A stretch of 60,391 nt of DNA, counting the filler, from Sluysia triapertura (Eukaryota), in NCBI GenBank assembly GCA_046118255.1. It is 5 parts of 5 records of this genome, joined end to end, with 100 filler letters (N's around TTAATTAATTAA, not from the genome) between each part and the next. Parts side by side here need not be neighbours in the genome. Positions count along the whole stretch, not along the records: positions 11,399 to 25,712 come from JBJNIA010263281.1; positions 25,813 to 36,723 come from JBJNIA010191640.1; 3 more parts are not named here. One strand, 5' to 3'. The notes below the pieces were generated by a model. The model saw nothing but the letters and a program-made list of their open reading frames with translations. It was not told where the DNA came from and did no database searches. The position numbers were made by a program, and so were the translations under genes. This document shows, piece after piece, positions 23,349 to 36,720 of this stretch; the first letter of the stretch is position 1; every line of letters begins with the position of its first letter.

Positions 23349-23505
23349 TGTTAGACTTCGTAAAATGGACTGACCGGGGATCGAACCCGGGACCATCGTC
23401 CGCGCAGTCGATGCTCTACCACTGAGCTATCAGCCCCGTCTAACAATTTCATTTTTATTAAATTCAATTTTACCAAATGGCACTTTTGGGCCTTTTACCC
23501 CAACA
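23349..23505 (-). mobile_element. 157-bp solo-LTR-like element with embedded tRNA-Ala-like unit (23436-23366), copy 2 (best preserved)
   Basis: TG...CA ends, 4-bp TSD AAAG/AAAG, paired acceptor, D and T stems, intact A and B boxes. Confidence 0.88.
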
Positions 23506-23574
23506 AAAGTATGATATTAAATCACAGATATACAATTAAGTGGGTGAAATAAAGAAACGAGAAATAAAGAACCT

Positions 23575-23661
23575 ATTGAGCTATCAGCCCTAACAATTTT
23601 GTTTTAGTATAGTCAATTACAGTATCATTACTCTATGCCACTGTAGGCTTGTATCCCAACA
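23575..23661 (-). mobile_element. Partial (5' half) copy of the tRNA-carrying LTR-like family
   Basis: TGAGCTATCAGCCC-TAACAATTT...TAGTCAAT...TGCCACT...AGGC...CCCAACA matches copies 1 and 2. Confidence 0.75.
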
Positions 23662-24803
23662 TAAAGATGAACTTTTTACCGTTGTGTCATCTTTGATCAT
23701 AAGTGGATATTTATCTGAGTTTATAATTTCATTATAATAATTTCATTATAATTAGAATTTTTTAGATGAATTAAAGTTTTTTGAAAAACTTAATTAGACA
23801 CTAATTAAACTTATTATTATTAGCTTATATAGTTACAGGAACGCACTCTTTACGACACATGTTTACTGTAACCGAAAAAAATTTTTTTGCTTAGGTTGTA
23901 TTAGAAAAATAAATAGCACTACAGCAAGTGTTGCGATGTGTGTACGCTTAATATAAGTATGGCCAAATGTTTTGGAATTTTATATAAACATTATAACCTT
24001 TATTCATTGCTTATATATCCAACTATACTGTTAAATTTTACTTTATTAAAATATAAATTTCATTTTGTATATTTAATCGACTAAAGAGGATTGTGAGGTA
24101 AAGTTTTAAGAAATAAAGTTCTAAGTGAATCAGAAAAATGAAGTCAGAGGTTTTAAATCATAAGATTTTCCATCTTAAACTCAACTTCTTAGATACAATT
24201 CATTTTAATAAGATACTCAACGTAATTAAATAAATTAGATTAAATATAGATAAATTAGGACTACCAAGTTTAATAATTTTGATCGGATTTTATTAATAGA
24301 TTAATATTCATAGAAATCTGAAATAGAAGAGGCCACAAAAAGAGTAAAGACTAATTTAATTTTATACTAATTTAATTTTACAATTGCAAACCTAACAAAA
24401 TAATTTGAAAAATTCTAAAAACTATTGAGCCTATAGATTTTAAATTTAAAAAATTACGCAATATAAAACCAATTGCGATGCAACCAAAATTATAATATCC
24501 CAAAAACAGTTTGAGTTCCACATAATTTAACATATTTACAATCAAGACTAAATATTGAATCTTTTCGGACCAAAATGGATATTACATTTAATAACTGTTG
24601 CAAAAAGCAGTGGCATATTGTAGTTAACTAGCTGAATTAATTTTTCAGTAGCTTTTAAAGTTAGAGATTTTGTTTTTGTTAAAAAATAACCTCATAAAAT
24701 GTATTTTGTAATATTGAAACGAAACAAATTATAAAAGAACATGATATAAAATTATATTGAAGCTCTAATAAAGTCTCCATTTCAAACGGAAATTAAAAAT
24801 ACA

Positions 24804-24871
<68 letters not shown>

Positions 24872-24876
24872 TCGAA

Positions 24877-25712
24877 TTATTTACAATATCTTGATTTAAG
24901 AAGATATTTAATATCATCCAATGTCAGTCCAGTTAAATTAGGCCTATAATCATCAAATATATCACTACTAATTTCGTCGATTACTTTATTCAAATTAGAC
25001 TTAATTTCATTTATATCTAAAGACATTTCTGTGGCCAATTTTCCGTCCAAAAAAAAATTCTGTTCTTCTTCAGGTTTAGACGATAGCCATTTTCTTAAGG
25101 ATTCGTCAGTGCAATAGTTCAAATTAACACAATTGTTTAATATTCGTAAAATTATTCCATATTTTTTAATAAATTCCATCGAAAAAGTGCGGCTAGTAAT
25201 TGGAGATAATAAAGACTGAAATGAAAGGTTAGAATTAGATAAACATAATAAGTAGAACGTAGCTAACATATTATCATGTTGTCTAGTAAATGAAATAGAA
25301 TGAATCAATATTCGACAGTAAACTGCGATTTTCTTACTCATTTTGATTTCTTCTAAAACACAATTTAAATACGTCCATTTAATATCTTCAAGTTGAAAAT
25401 TTAAGCAATTCAACTGATTAAAAATTTCACTGACGATTTTAAAAGACAATATGGCAATCAGAGGCCAAGTTATTTGTAAATCTGGTATTAAATTTTGCAA
25501 AATACGTTGAAAATATAGTTTAGCGTCTTCCAATGTTTGTGCACATATGGTTTCATGGATTTTTATTTGTCTTTCTTCAGCATTACATTCAGCAATAGAT
25601 TTGATTTGTTGATCAATTTCTTCTGACGTTAATTTGGAAATCTTAGGCAATTCTTTCACTGAATCATCTTTCACAATGAGATTTATTTTCAATTTGGATG
25701 AATTATTTGAAT
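24877..25712 (-). CDS. Orphan ORF or terminal exon of at least 271 aa, 5' end runs toward an assembly gap
   Basis: Long stop-free frame with protein-like composition; no domain recognised. Confidence 0.55.
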
Positions 25713-28139
25713 NNNNNNNNNNNNNNNNNNNNNNNNNNNNNNNNNNNNNNNNNNNNTTAATTAATTAANNNNNNNNNNNNNNNNNNNNNNNNNNNNNNNN
25801 NNNNNNNNNNNNAACAATATTTATAATGTTTAATCCATCTCTTGTATCAGTTTTTCCCTCATTTTATGATTTTATATATTTTCATTCATCTCCAAGTCCT
25901 CAGTTGGGCAATCCCAACAAGTACATAAATAGTTGATATTTTGTAATTAATTAAATTGATACTTATTTAAATTAATTAATAATTTGAAAGACGCAACAGT
26001 ATTTGTATGGAGAATTATAAAGATTGTTCATTTTTTTGGTCACATGTTTTAAAAAGATAGATAAATGTGTTAAGAAGATAGACAAATATGTTTATTGTCG
26101 TTCAACAATTTACTTAGATTAAAATTACATTTTTTAAAGCTTAAAATTATTTATGTTTTGGTATTTTTTTGTTAAAATAATGAAAAATGTTTAAAAAATT
26201 TAAAAATTTTAAAAGTTAAGTTATTACCAAATTAGATAAAGTTACCGTATCGAATGAAGTTTAAATTTTTTTGTAAAGAAACATAATCGGTGTACAAAAG
26301 TAAAATTAAAGTTCATGCAAATGAAAGAACAAATGGATCATACAAAATCCAAAGTTGATCATAGAAATTATGCTATTATTCAAGAGCAAGAACTAAAAGA
26401 TGAAATTTTAAATGAAATGAATGCCATAAATAAGCGTAAAGATGAATTGGAGGCTCTAATTGATAAATGTAGTGTAAAATTGAATTAGCCGAGGCTACTA
26501 GAAAAACTAATATCAGCGATAGAATACTGCAATATGTGCAATTCTATAAAATTCCACCACAGAGTAAATATAAAGTAGAATTAGGAGATTTTGTAGACGC
26601 TGATTTAATATCAGAATCGAATCTATACCACGCAATAACTATTTAGATAAATTCTAAAATTCAAAATCGATCAGCTATTTGTTGCGAGAGTGCCTGGAAC
26701 CAATATCGTTACTATAATGTTTTTAAATGGCACGAGCTGAGACTGTACGAACTTTCGTTTATGTATCAGCGTTTATGTATCAACAATATCATGATTGTTG
26801 ATTTAGAAATTATAGGTTATACTTTTTTAATTTTTTTGTTTTCTCACTCCAGAAATTTGAATTTCGGTTTTGTTTATAGATGTACATAACCTAAAACATT
26901 TACGTGTTAAAGACACTTTATATTAAGTTTTATTTTAAATTTAACTTAAAATCTTGTCTAGATTTTATGATTCAAATAATGTGAAAAGCCTTAAGCCGAC
27001 TTTTACTGTTTGGAATAATAAACAGTATTTTGAATAATAAAAAGGACCTTAAGTCTATGTTTAATAGATTCATTTTTTATAATATAATTTTAAAAGTTAG
27101 AACGGGCCTTAAGCCCAAGTTTCGTAATTTTACTTATAACAATGTTGCTTTTAAAGATAATGCGATTTTATATTTCAAACGCCCAAATTTAACTCGGCGA
27201 TTACAGTACCAAAGGTTTCAAAGGGCACCTTTTAACATTTTTGGGGGGATTTATATGATATTTTAATTTATTAATAATCTAAAAGTTAATATTATATTGA
27301 TTATTAATAAAGAGAAAATTGTGACAAATGTTAAATTCAATTATTTGAGAAAAATTATTTTAAAGAGTTTTTGGTCCATTTGTTTAACAATCAAGAAGTA
27401 AAAGTAAAATCTAGAACATTTATTTAATATTATATAAAATGATTTAATAAAATGGTTTATTATAATGTTAATTTTGTTGAGCATTAATTGCAGACTCTTC
27501 TTTGAATGTGCCATGGTGCCATATGTTAAACAGATTTCTTTAATTAAAGTCACAATGGTCTGACAAAGTTTTTAAAATGTAAAAATTTACTTTAATACAC
27601 GAATAGTCGTCTTTAATGTAGTCACTAATTGCAGTAGTAGCCATTTGTATAGGTAAATTATGATACTGTTCGATTTTTTCATAAACGGGTTGTTGTTTTA
27701 AATCGTGAATCCGTGTGCAAATGTTGACCATACTTAACACATTGACCAGGTTCTGATGTTTCATAAAGGCATATGCCGGTTTTGTAATGGAGGAGATGAT
27801 AAGGTCGTTCCGTGTCTACTACATTTTGATGGGTATATAGGCATTGAACTCCATTTGGATAGGTTTCTGTCATTTCATCATATAAATTACAATAAATATC
27901 AGGGTTGTAATTGAAATTACCATCAGATTTTCGCGTTTATGCACGATAACATTGATTCAGGAAAAGCCAATTGTGACTGACATTTATCGTCGAGAAATAA
28001 CGAGCATTGTTTCGTTCGATACTCTTTCAAATAATATATAAGTGTTTACTACTATCTTGATGTATAACATTAAAACTTGCAGTAATGAATTTCGGTAAAA
28101 AAAAAATTAGAATATTCTTCGACAGAATTAACGGAATAG

Positions 28140-29519
28140 ACAGACATTAACAATATCAATATCTAGAAAATTAATAGAAAGTTAATTATGTTATTTAAAA
28201 ATTTTTGGTCAACGTAACAAAGAATGATTACGACTACAATAAAATTCTTTGGTAATAATAACTTTAAAGAAAAAAGTAAAAGTAATTTATAGAGACAAAT
28301 GCTTAATATTTTGATAGAATAAATTGCGTAGGGGATTTCTATTCAATTCACCTTAAAAATAACTGAAAATCAAATATGATTTAAATATAATCCTCAACAA
28401 AAATTACTTAAACTGTTTCTCAATTAATTACCTTATAAATAACTAAAAATTAAATATAGTCTTAACAAAAATTGCGTAGGGAGTCTATTTTCAATCCACC
28501 TTAAAAATTGCTTAAAAATTAACTAAAAATGACAATATTAAAATTATTCAAATTGAAATAAAATTAAATACTTATATTATTTTAATAAAATAATAAATAA
28601 ATAAAAATTAAAAACTTTACCCTAAGCATGGATTGGCATATCTATCATCATCATTGTCATTGTTGTTATTTTGTTATTGTGTGTTAAAAATTTAGAAATC
28701 TTTATTTTATACTCTCTCATCATCCAATCAATTAACAATCTCACAACTAAACATTCTCTCACAAAAAAATCATCCAAACCTCTTTGAGAATCAAACCGAC
28801 AATAACAACTTTGACAATTACATGGAACGGTCTGTGAAACATCATTAGGTACGAAACATAGAAATCTGTTTTATTATCAGCCATCATTTCCTTTTACTCT
28901 ACTCAATCTATTTTTACTTAAATTACTTCTCTCATTAAAATAACACAGGTCTTTGGAATAAAATATGTCTTTGGAACCTTAGGATATTCTTTAACTGTTA
29001 AGATTATTATAGATGTTTTTACTTTCATTATTCTTATTTCAACAATGTTTATAATGTTCAATCCATCACTTGTATCAGCTTTTCCCTCATTTTATGATTT
29101 TATATATTTTCATTCATCTCCAGATTCACAGTTGAGCAATCTAGTTAATATCTAGTTAATTTCTAGTTAATTTTTAGCTGTCGCTAAAATAATTTTGTAA
29201 GAAACTCCTTACGTAAATTTTGTTAATTTTCAGCGATTTTAAGGTAATTTTGTAAGAAACAGTTTACGTAAATTTTGTAAAAGTTTATATTTGATTTTCA
29301 GCCTTTCTTAAAGTTGTTTTGCGACAAATGCCCTACGTATTTTATTCTATCAAAATATTAAATATTTCTTCTTTATGTATTACTGTTAATTTTCAAAAAA
29401 GGATATTGTTACAAAAGAATTTTATTGTCATCGTGATTACTCTTGATTACGTTGACCAAAAATATTTAAGTAACATAATTACTATTAATTTTCTTAATAT
29501 TGATATTGTTAGTGTCTGT
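28140..29519. mobile_element. About 1.4-kb non-autonomous element with about 390-bp imperfect inverted arms (Foldback/MULE-like)
   Basis: 28140-28530 is the diverged reverse complement of 29140-29519 (ACAGACA.TAACAATATCAATAT, TTTTTGGTCAACGTAA, TTAATATTTTGATAGAATAAA). Arms contain internal subrepeats. Confidence 0.75.
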
Positions 29520-31712
29520 TAAGTCACTCCTGGTTCTTTATCTTAATTAGATTGTAGTGTCTTTAATATTATTATAAACACTATTATTATTTTTGTCATT
29601 TTAGTTTTTTTAGTATTATTTAGTGAAAATTCATATTAATAATAATAAATTATATTTTGAATTTTGTTTAATAGTACATTATTGTCTTAGTTTTGATTTG
29701 ATTTTTAATAACTTAATTTTTGGATAATAGTTATTAATATTAAGTCAGAAGATTACTGCAAAATTATACTTGATATACTGACTACTTAAACTAATAAGAT
29801 AATTTTAAGCTAATCAAGTTAATATTGAGTTATAATAACTAATAAAATTCAAAGGCGCAACATTATTATTATCACATTATTTTTTATATTATATTATTAT
29901 CTCGTTATTATTATAATTATTGTTATCTAATCTCTATTATGATGTGATAATAATCATGGTCATATCAAGAAACAAGAATAATTATTAATTACTTTCAAAT
30001 GAATAAAAAATATCTACTAGTGGAAAACCGTTTAAAATCCTTCAAATTCATGAATAATTGTCATAGGAAAATGTTTTTAATTTGAAACGTAAATTACGAA
30101 TTTGATTGTGTATAGTTTCATGCTGGCAAGTTACAGTAATCAGCATCACTGATAAACCTGATTATTATCCCGCCTTATACATCGAATTAATTACGCTGTT
30201 GTCGTCAGTGTTTTGTTTGTCAATTAGGCCTATGATGGATAATTGAAAATTTTTTATACAATCAATAAAAGTAATTACAGAGTGAGTTCATCACCTAAGA
30301 TCCTAGGATTATGAGTTACAGCTAGTCCAAAGGATTTTTTAAAAGGATACAAACTGTAGATCTAATGGAGGTCAAAGTAATTATTTTGTCAATTAACAAG
30401 GATTGTTCTTATTTGAAATAATTTTAGTTCAGTTAATAACTCTTTAATTATCGGTCCACCTTTAGGAGAGATTAACGAAATTTTAAATCCTATTATGTGT
30501 TTTATTTATTTTCGAGAAATTAAATGAAGGTTCTATTCAAGTGGAACCTATAACAAAGATTGATTTTAGAAATTTAACAATGATAATAATGATTTTAAAA
30601 GAAATTAAGACAATATCGTGTTTTCTCATGTGGAAGCACGTACAAAGTTAGAGTAAATATGATTTTCAAATAATTTAAATTAATTAATGTTCGTATATTT
30701 TTTCGTAAATGCTGCTGATTTCTTCACCTTACAAATTACATCTTTACATGCACCTCATCTTTCAACAACCTGGACACTTTCTTCTCTGCATTTGTATTCT
30801 TATTTTACTAAAATCACATTTTTTTCAATTTTACGGTATTTCCGCTTAATTCACCCACGTTTTCCGCCTATTTTCATTTTTAACGTACTTCTACTAATTG
30901 AATTTTTAGAGGTATTTCTTTCCCGATTTCAGAATATTTTAAACTTTTTTTTGGAACTTATTTGATTTTACAAAATTTTATTTCAAATAAAATGTATTTT
31001 GAATCCTTTTAATTTATCACATCTATAAGTGACAAATTATATTGAAATGTTGAACATAACTAGATTCCAATATACAATACACAAAATACGAGAACGAAGC
31101 AAAAATAAAATATGGCTTCTTCATTTACCTTTCCGCTTACCAATGAATCCCAATGTAAATTTCATTAGATATTTTCTAGTAATACGCTACATAAACATTG
31201 TTTGATTTTATAGAATAGGCCATTTTGTTTATTTACACTGTTAGTTTAAATTTTTTTCCAAAAATTTTTAAATATTTTATGTATATTTTAAATGCATACA
31301 TATATTTTTGATTGACTGAAAGCTAAATTTACGTAATAAAGTAAAAAAGAGCTATAAACATTTATGCCTTTGTAAATTTAATAAATAAGCTTAAGAAATA
31401 CCATATGAAATAATCCATTAATTATTTTTATTTAAATCTGCATAATAAAGCAAAATTTATTTAAAATACAATAGACATTATAATAGTACATTTACTTTAA
31501 AATGCAATAATTTACATAAAAATCAGGATACAAAGTTTAAATATAAACCCCAAAAATCAAAACAAAATTTTCACCTGTTATTATAAAAAGCTTCTAAATA
31601 TGATAATTGACACTTCTACAATTTAAATCAAGCGATGGAAATATGATGTATAGCATATGTTAATAAGTTTGAAATAAAATAAATACACTTCGATACGCAA
31701 ACTTAGAAATAT

Positions 31713-32164
31713 TTATTCCTTATCAGCTGGTTTATTTGTAACAGAATCTTCGCAATTTCCTTTATTTGAGTCATTATTATCTGGCTTAATTATTGTTTCA
31801 CTTTCGACCTTATTTTCATTGGAATTACGATCAACAGTACTATCTGTCTCTGAAGTGTTATCATTAGAAGTTATGTTATCTTGACCTTCAGATGTATTGT
31901 CAATTTTATTTTCAGCTTCACAATTATCAGATACATTAACTCTAGATAAATCAGTGTTGCCGTGAGATTTTTGTTCTTCGACTGTTAATGACTCTTCTGG
32001 TTCTTGACTTGTATCATGAAATTCATCTTCTTGTTGAATATCTTCTATACTTTCTTCTTGTTCCAGATTAATATTTTCTGATTCATTGATATTTTCATGG
32101 TCTCCTTCACTTGTTACATTAATTTCCGAAGATTTTGATTCTTGGTCTTCTGCTTTATTCATGT
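31713..32164 (-). CDS. Probable terminal exon encoding an acidic low-complexity (E/D/N/S) region
   Basis: 149-codon open frame preceded by an ATTTAG acceptor at 32165; upstream exons not identified. Confidence 0.5.
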
Positions 32165-35100
32165 CTAAATTAAAATTATTTATGTATTTTTTTAAAATAA
32201 ATGAATGTTTTAATGTTTGTTATAAATATGAATGACCATTTGTAAAAACTAATTATGACTTAAATATTAGAATAAGTTGTGCAATTCATAAATATTTTGA
32301 TGAGATATTTATTAATGTTTCTATTAAGAATAAGTTATGATTTTATGTTAAACTTAATAAAAATATATGCGATACTCATATAACGATAAATTCATTTTAT
32401 TTTATGCTTCATATGCACAAAAAGTGACTTAACATAACCAAAATGTTAAATATACTCATGTACTGTATTATGCCTTTTTAAGCAAATAAAAATTTTTGGA
32501 AATGCTCATCATCAAACAATTCATTTTGTTAGAAGCATTATTTTTATCCCGATTATAAAAAGGTTAATTCTCCCCCAAGCTAAAAATATCGATAAATTTC
32601 GCGTGTCATTGATTTTCTATATATTTTCTGAAATATCCTTAAAATGCCAATGTTATTTGAGAAGTATAACATCAATAATTTATTCCTGAAAACTTAGATT
32701 TTGTAACTAACGAAAAAACTCTGAATAAAGTCCAAACAGCGAAATGTATTTGAAGAAAATAATGAAAATAAGAGTTATTATATTTCAAGTGTAATTAAAG
32801 ATGAGGAACTAAATTCATAAATATAAAGAAATGATTCTAAAATATATAAGATGTGGTTTTAGAAATTGGTGATTTTTGATAATCAAAATACGGAAATGAT
32901 TCTTGTAGGTTCATTAACGTAGATTAGATTCTTAATTCACCAGATGTTTACAGACATGGATTATCTCAATAAAACATATCTTCATTTGATTCTTCGAATT
33001 GTCCAGCTATCGATGCTAGAGCATAGCTCCAGGTTGTAGAAATTCTTGAAAATCAAAATTTGGCAACGATTTTTTAAAATCCCAAAGAGTAACCTAGTCG
33101 TGATAAAAAATAAAATTTGTAGAAAGTAAACAATAAACAATATTTAAGAACTTCACAATAAATATTTAGTGTTCTTCGATGAAACAGTTAAACCAACAAA
33201 TTATACATTATTTTAATGAAAGGAAAAACGTGTTTAATAAACTCTACATAATTTAATAACATAATTGTTCCTTATAAAATTTTAAAACAAAAACATTGAT
33301 TGAACGTCTTGGATATCGGAATATCAATAATTTATTAATGCAGCATTAAATAAGCATTAATAAGAATTAATAATAATTGAATGATTATTAATTTCCAAAA
33401 TATAGTAACTGATAACCCATTAAAAAAATATCAATTTTCATCCTGAAGCTTTTCATTCTTGTACTACCTACGTATTTCGAAATGAAGATTAAAAAATGAA
33501 GAAAATTACACTCGAAATTATGCAGTGACATCAAGATTAAATCAGAAAGTATTAAGTAACGGATGACTAATACATTCGAAAATATATAACAAAATGGAAA
33601 AATATCAAAATAGAAAAATGACTTCTATCATGAATATCAGATAGTTTCAGTTGAATTTTAAAGTACTCCTAAATAAACGTCAAAATTAATACATGAAATT
33701 AAGTCAAAATGAGAAACTAATTATTTTAGATATATAATTATTCTTTTATTTTAATGTATTTCACCTAGATTATTTTATTACCTCTTATGCAAAGCAAAAG
33801 ATTCTATTGTAATAAAACAATTTTAAAATGCACATTTTAGAATTTTAAAATCTTACATTTTCATAAATGGTAATTGTAAATGCGTGTTTATATATTCAAC
33901 AATTATAAATAATTGTAAAATTCCATAAAAGTACTATCTACTATTACAAAATTAAAACGGATATAAATTTACTACAAATATCAATTGCCAGAACTACAAT
34001 ATAGAGTATAAATGATTATTATCCGGAGAATATTGGTAATACGTTTATATTTGGAATACATCTATAAATAGAATAAGATAAAAGGAGTGTATTTTATGAC
34101 AAAGTAAAATTGGGTAAATGGAAATAAAATTTTGACTATAGTATGGTGTCCATGAAAAAACTATATAAGGAAGCGTTTTTTCCATTATAGATATGCAAAG
34201 AAACGAGAATGTAAACTTCAACTTTCTAAAAAAATATCTAATTCATTTGTTATTTGACGTTATTTGATTTTATCAATAATTTATTATACGATTTGATCTG
34301 GACGTATTATTGAAAAGAATTTAAATTTGGTAATTGTTGATCATCTGAATTAAACTGCTTTGCTTCAACGTAAGTACAAAATCCTAAAATTAAGTTAAAT
34401 CTAATTAAATCAAACTTTTGTAAATTACGTAAAAGAATTAAATTTAATTAAAATTTTGGAAAGAATTATATGTTTAAAAATTCTTCATTGAAACGCCTGG
34501 GGCGCCAAATTTTGAGGGGCACCGATATAAAAATAAAATATTTTTTACATTCATTATTTTGTTAGATTTTATAAATTAAAATCGATCATTTTTCATGAGA
34601 CATGGAGTTTTTAGCGAGCAATACATTTTTTAATAAAAGTCACAATAATAATTGTAATATTATTCATATGAAAACTATTTGAAGTCAGAATTCATAATAG
34701 CTCAAAAAAGATTAACAGACAAAAACAAAAATGTACTTATAAAAATAATGAAATTTAAGAATTTTTCTGGATTTTATCACGCAACATTGATGCAGAAAAA
34801 TGATTTTATCTCTAAAAAGTTTGTTTTTATTTATTTTGAAAAGATAATCTGTAAACAGTATACGTATTATAACAATATACTCAAAAAAAGACGAGATCAA
34901 AATTATAAATTACAAATATCAACAACATTATGAATAGTCAAAGTGATACTGGCGACTGTCTTAAGCCTTAATGGTTAAACAATTTTGTCTTTCTGTAAAC
35001 TTTTCATTAATACTTGCCGTGCTTTAAAGTAAAATATAAAAAATGTTTTGTACGGATTCGTTGTGGAATTGATTAATTTATATTATTTTTACGTTATAAA

Positions 35101-35198
35101 ACTTTCTGTAAGTAGGAATCTACGTAATAAATAATATAAATTAATAATTATATTTAAAGTAAGAAATCATAAGAAATCAGACTAAGAGGGCTATTATA

Positions 35199-36050
35199 AT
35201 GCCTCCAAAAAAATATCAGGGTATGAAAATCGTAAAAGAAAACAAGAGTCAAAAAATCAACAAAAATTACGGGGTTCTTGAAACCAGAAGAAACCCAAAC
35301 CCAATTAACTTAAAACAATTTTTAATTACAAGTGAGTCTGGATTCCGTCAAGACTTCTGCGTCTAGTTTCGAAGAAATATCCTCAAATCTAAACAATCAA
35401 CAACCGAAAACATATCTGGAACTGAAAATCGTTAACGAACAAATTTTAACGAAAATTTTAAATATAATGATCCGGGTATTTGGCCACTTGTACTAAATTC
35501 TACATATAGAGATCATATCCTTGCATTGGATATTTCGATGACAAAGAAATTGATTCTAATTTCACGTATCCACGAGATTCGGATAATCGTAATTTTAATA
35601 AAAGAATGTATTACGTTTTTTACGTTCATGGTTATCTTATTCAAGAAGTAAAAATAAGGTATTCTGTATTTGTAAATTATTTTTACACAGATAAAGTTAA
35701 GTCGGCTTTAGCAACATGTCATTTTAACTGGAAACATTTAAGTAGCACGAAAATTCTACTGAGCATTTAAGTAATTTTATTAAATGGTTTGAAGCACGGA
35801 AAAGATTTAGAATTTATAAAGTAATTGATAAAAATATTCAGTCAGCTATTGCTAAAGAATGGGAACACCGGAACAATGTATTAGAAAGACTAAAGAATAT
35901 TGTATTATATTTAGCAGAACACAATTTGGCTTTTCGTGGTTCAAGCGAACAATTTTTCACTAAAAATAATGGAAATTTCTTGGGGTTTGTTGAACTTGTT
36001 AGTAAATATGACGTTACTTTGCATGAACACGTTTGTCGAATGTCAAATAA
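35199..36050 (+). mobile_element. hAT transposase remnant (ZMYM1-like / DUF4371 clade)
   Basis: MPPKKISGYENRKRK, DPGIWP, EHRNNVLERLKNIVLYLAEHNLAFRGSSEQFFTKNNGNFLGFVELVSKYDVTLHEH, with frameshifts. A GC-rich possible subterminal sequence lies at 34494-34524. Confidence 0.9.
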
Positions 36051-36054
36051 AACA

Positions 36055-36720
36055 TCAAATACTTATAGCAGTATGAAGCGTAGTGGGTAACTTTAAACTC
36101 TTTACAAAATCTAATAATTTTCTCTCTTCCGAAATCCCTAAATCTTTTACATCTTTATATTTTTTTGTCTTTTGAAAATGATATTTTAACAAACTCGTTA
36201 TGAATTTTAAGTTTTTTATGATTTTATGCCTTTTGTCTTTTAAAATTTTATAAACTCTTAAATTTAAACAATGATTCAATTGAACTATTAACAAAAAGGG
36301 CTTAATGCCCGAATTAACTAATAACAAAAATATTAAGAACAAATATTTACGAACGCGATGTATTAATTTACATATAACAAATAATAACATGAATAAATTG
36401 ATACATAAATAGACAAATATTTTATCAAACACGATAAGATCATCTTGTCGAACTCCGGACAAATCATTGTGAGAATTTATTGCATTACTTATGTAGTCTG
36501 TGTCGACGTTTTCAATATCTAAAATCAATTCAAAATAATTACTCTCTTTTTCTTTCAACAACACAATAAGTGTTACATTATCGTTGTCTAAATTCAAGTT
36601 AGATAAATTTTCAATGAAATGTCCGGCTTTCGGTTTTTTCTTATCAAAAATAAAACAATGTAAGCTATCAGTTAATTTATATATATTATCGTCATCACGT
36701 AATGAATTTAAAAAATAAAA
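36055..36720 (-). CDS. Possible coding region of unknown function next to a gap
   Basis: Open frame of at least 180 codons; the hydrophobic middle part may be an intron read in frame. Confidence 0.3.
   Translation of the reverse strand, partial: FYFLNSLRDDDNIYKLTDSLHCFIFDKKKPKAGHFIENLSNLNLDNDNVTLIVLLKEKESNYFELILDIENVDTDYISNAINSHNDLSGVRQDDLIVFDKIFVYLCINLFMLLFVICKLIHRVRKYLFLIFLLLVNSGIKPFLLIVQLNHCLNLRVYKILKDKRHKIIKNLKFITSLLKYHFQKTKKYKDVKDLGISEERKLLDFVKSLKLPTTLHTAISI

Noticed and set aside
23349-23661. Copy 2 and the adjacent partial copy as the two LTRs of one element
   Set aside because: Copy 2 has its own AAAG TSD, and the 70-bp spacer shows no PBS or correctly placed polypurine tract.
28320-28530. 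CRISPR-like array or other prokaryotic system
   Set aside because: The repeats are degenerate transposon subrepeats without regular spacers, and the window is eukaryotic with spliceosomal introns.
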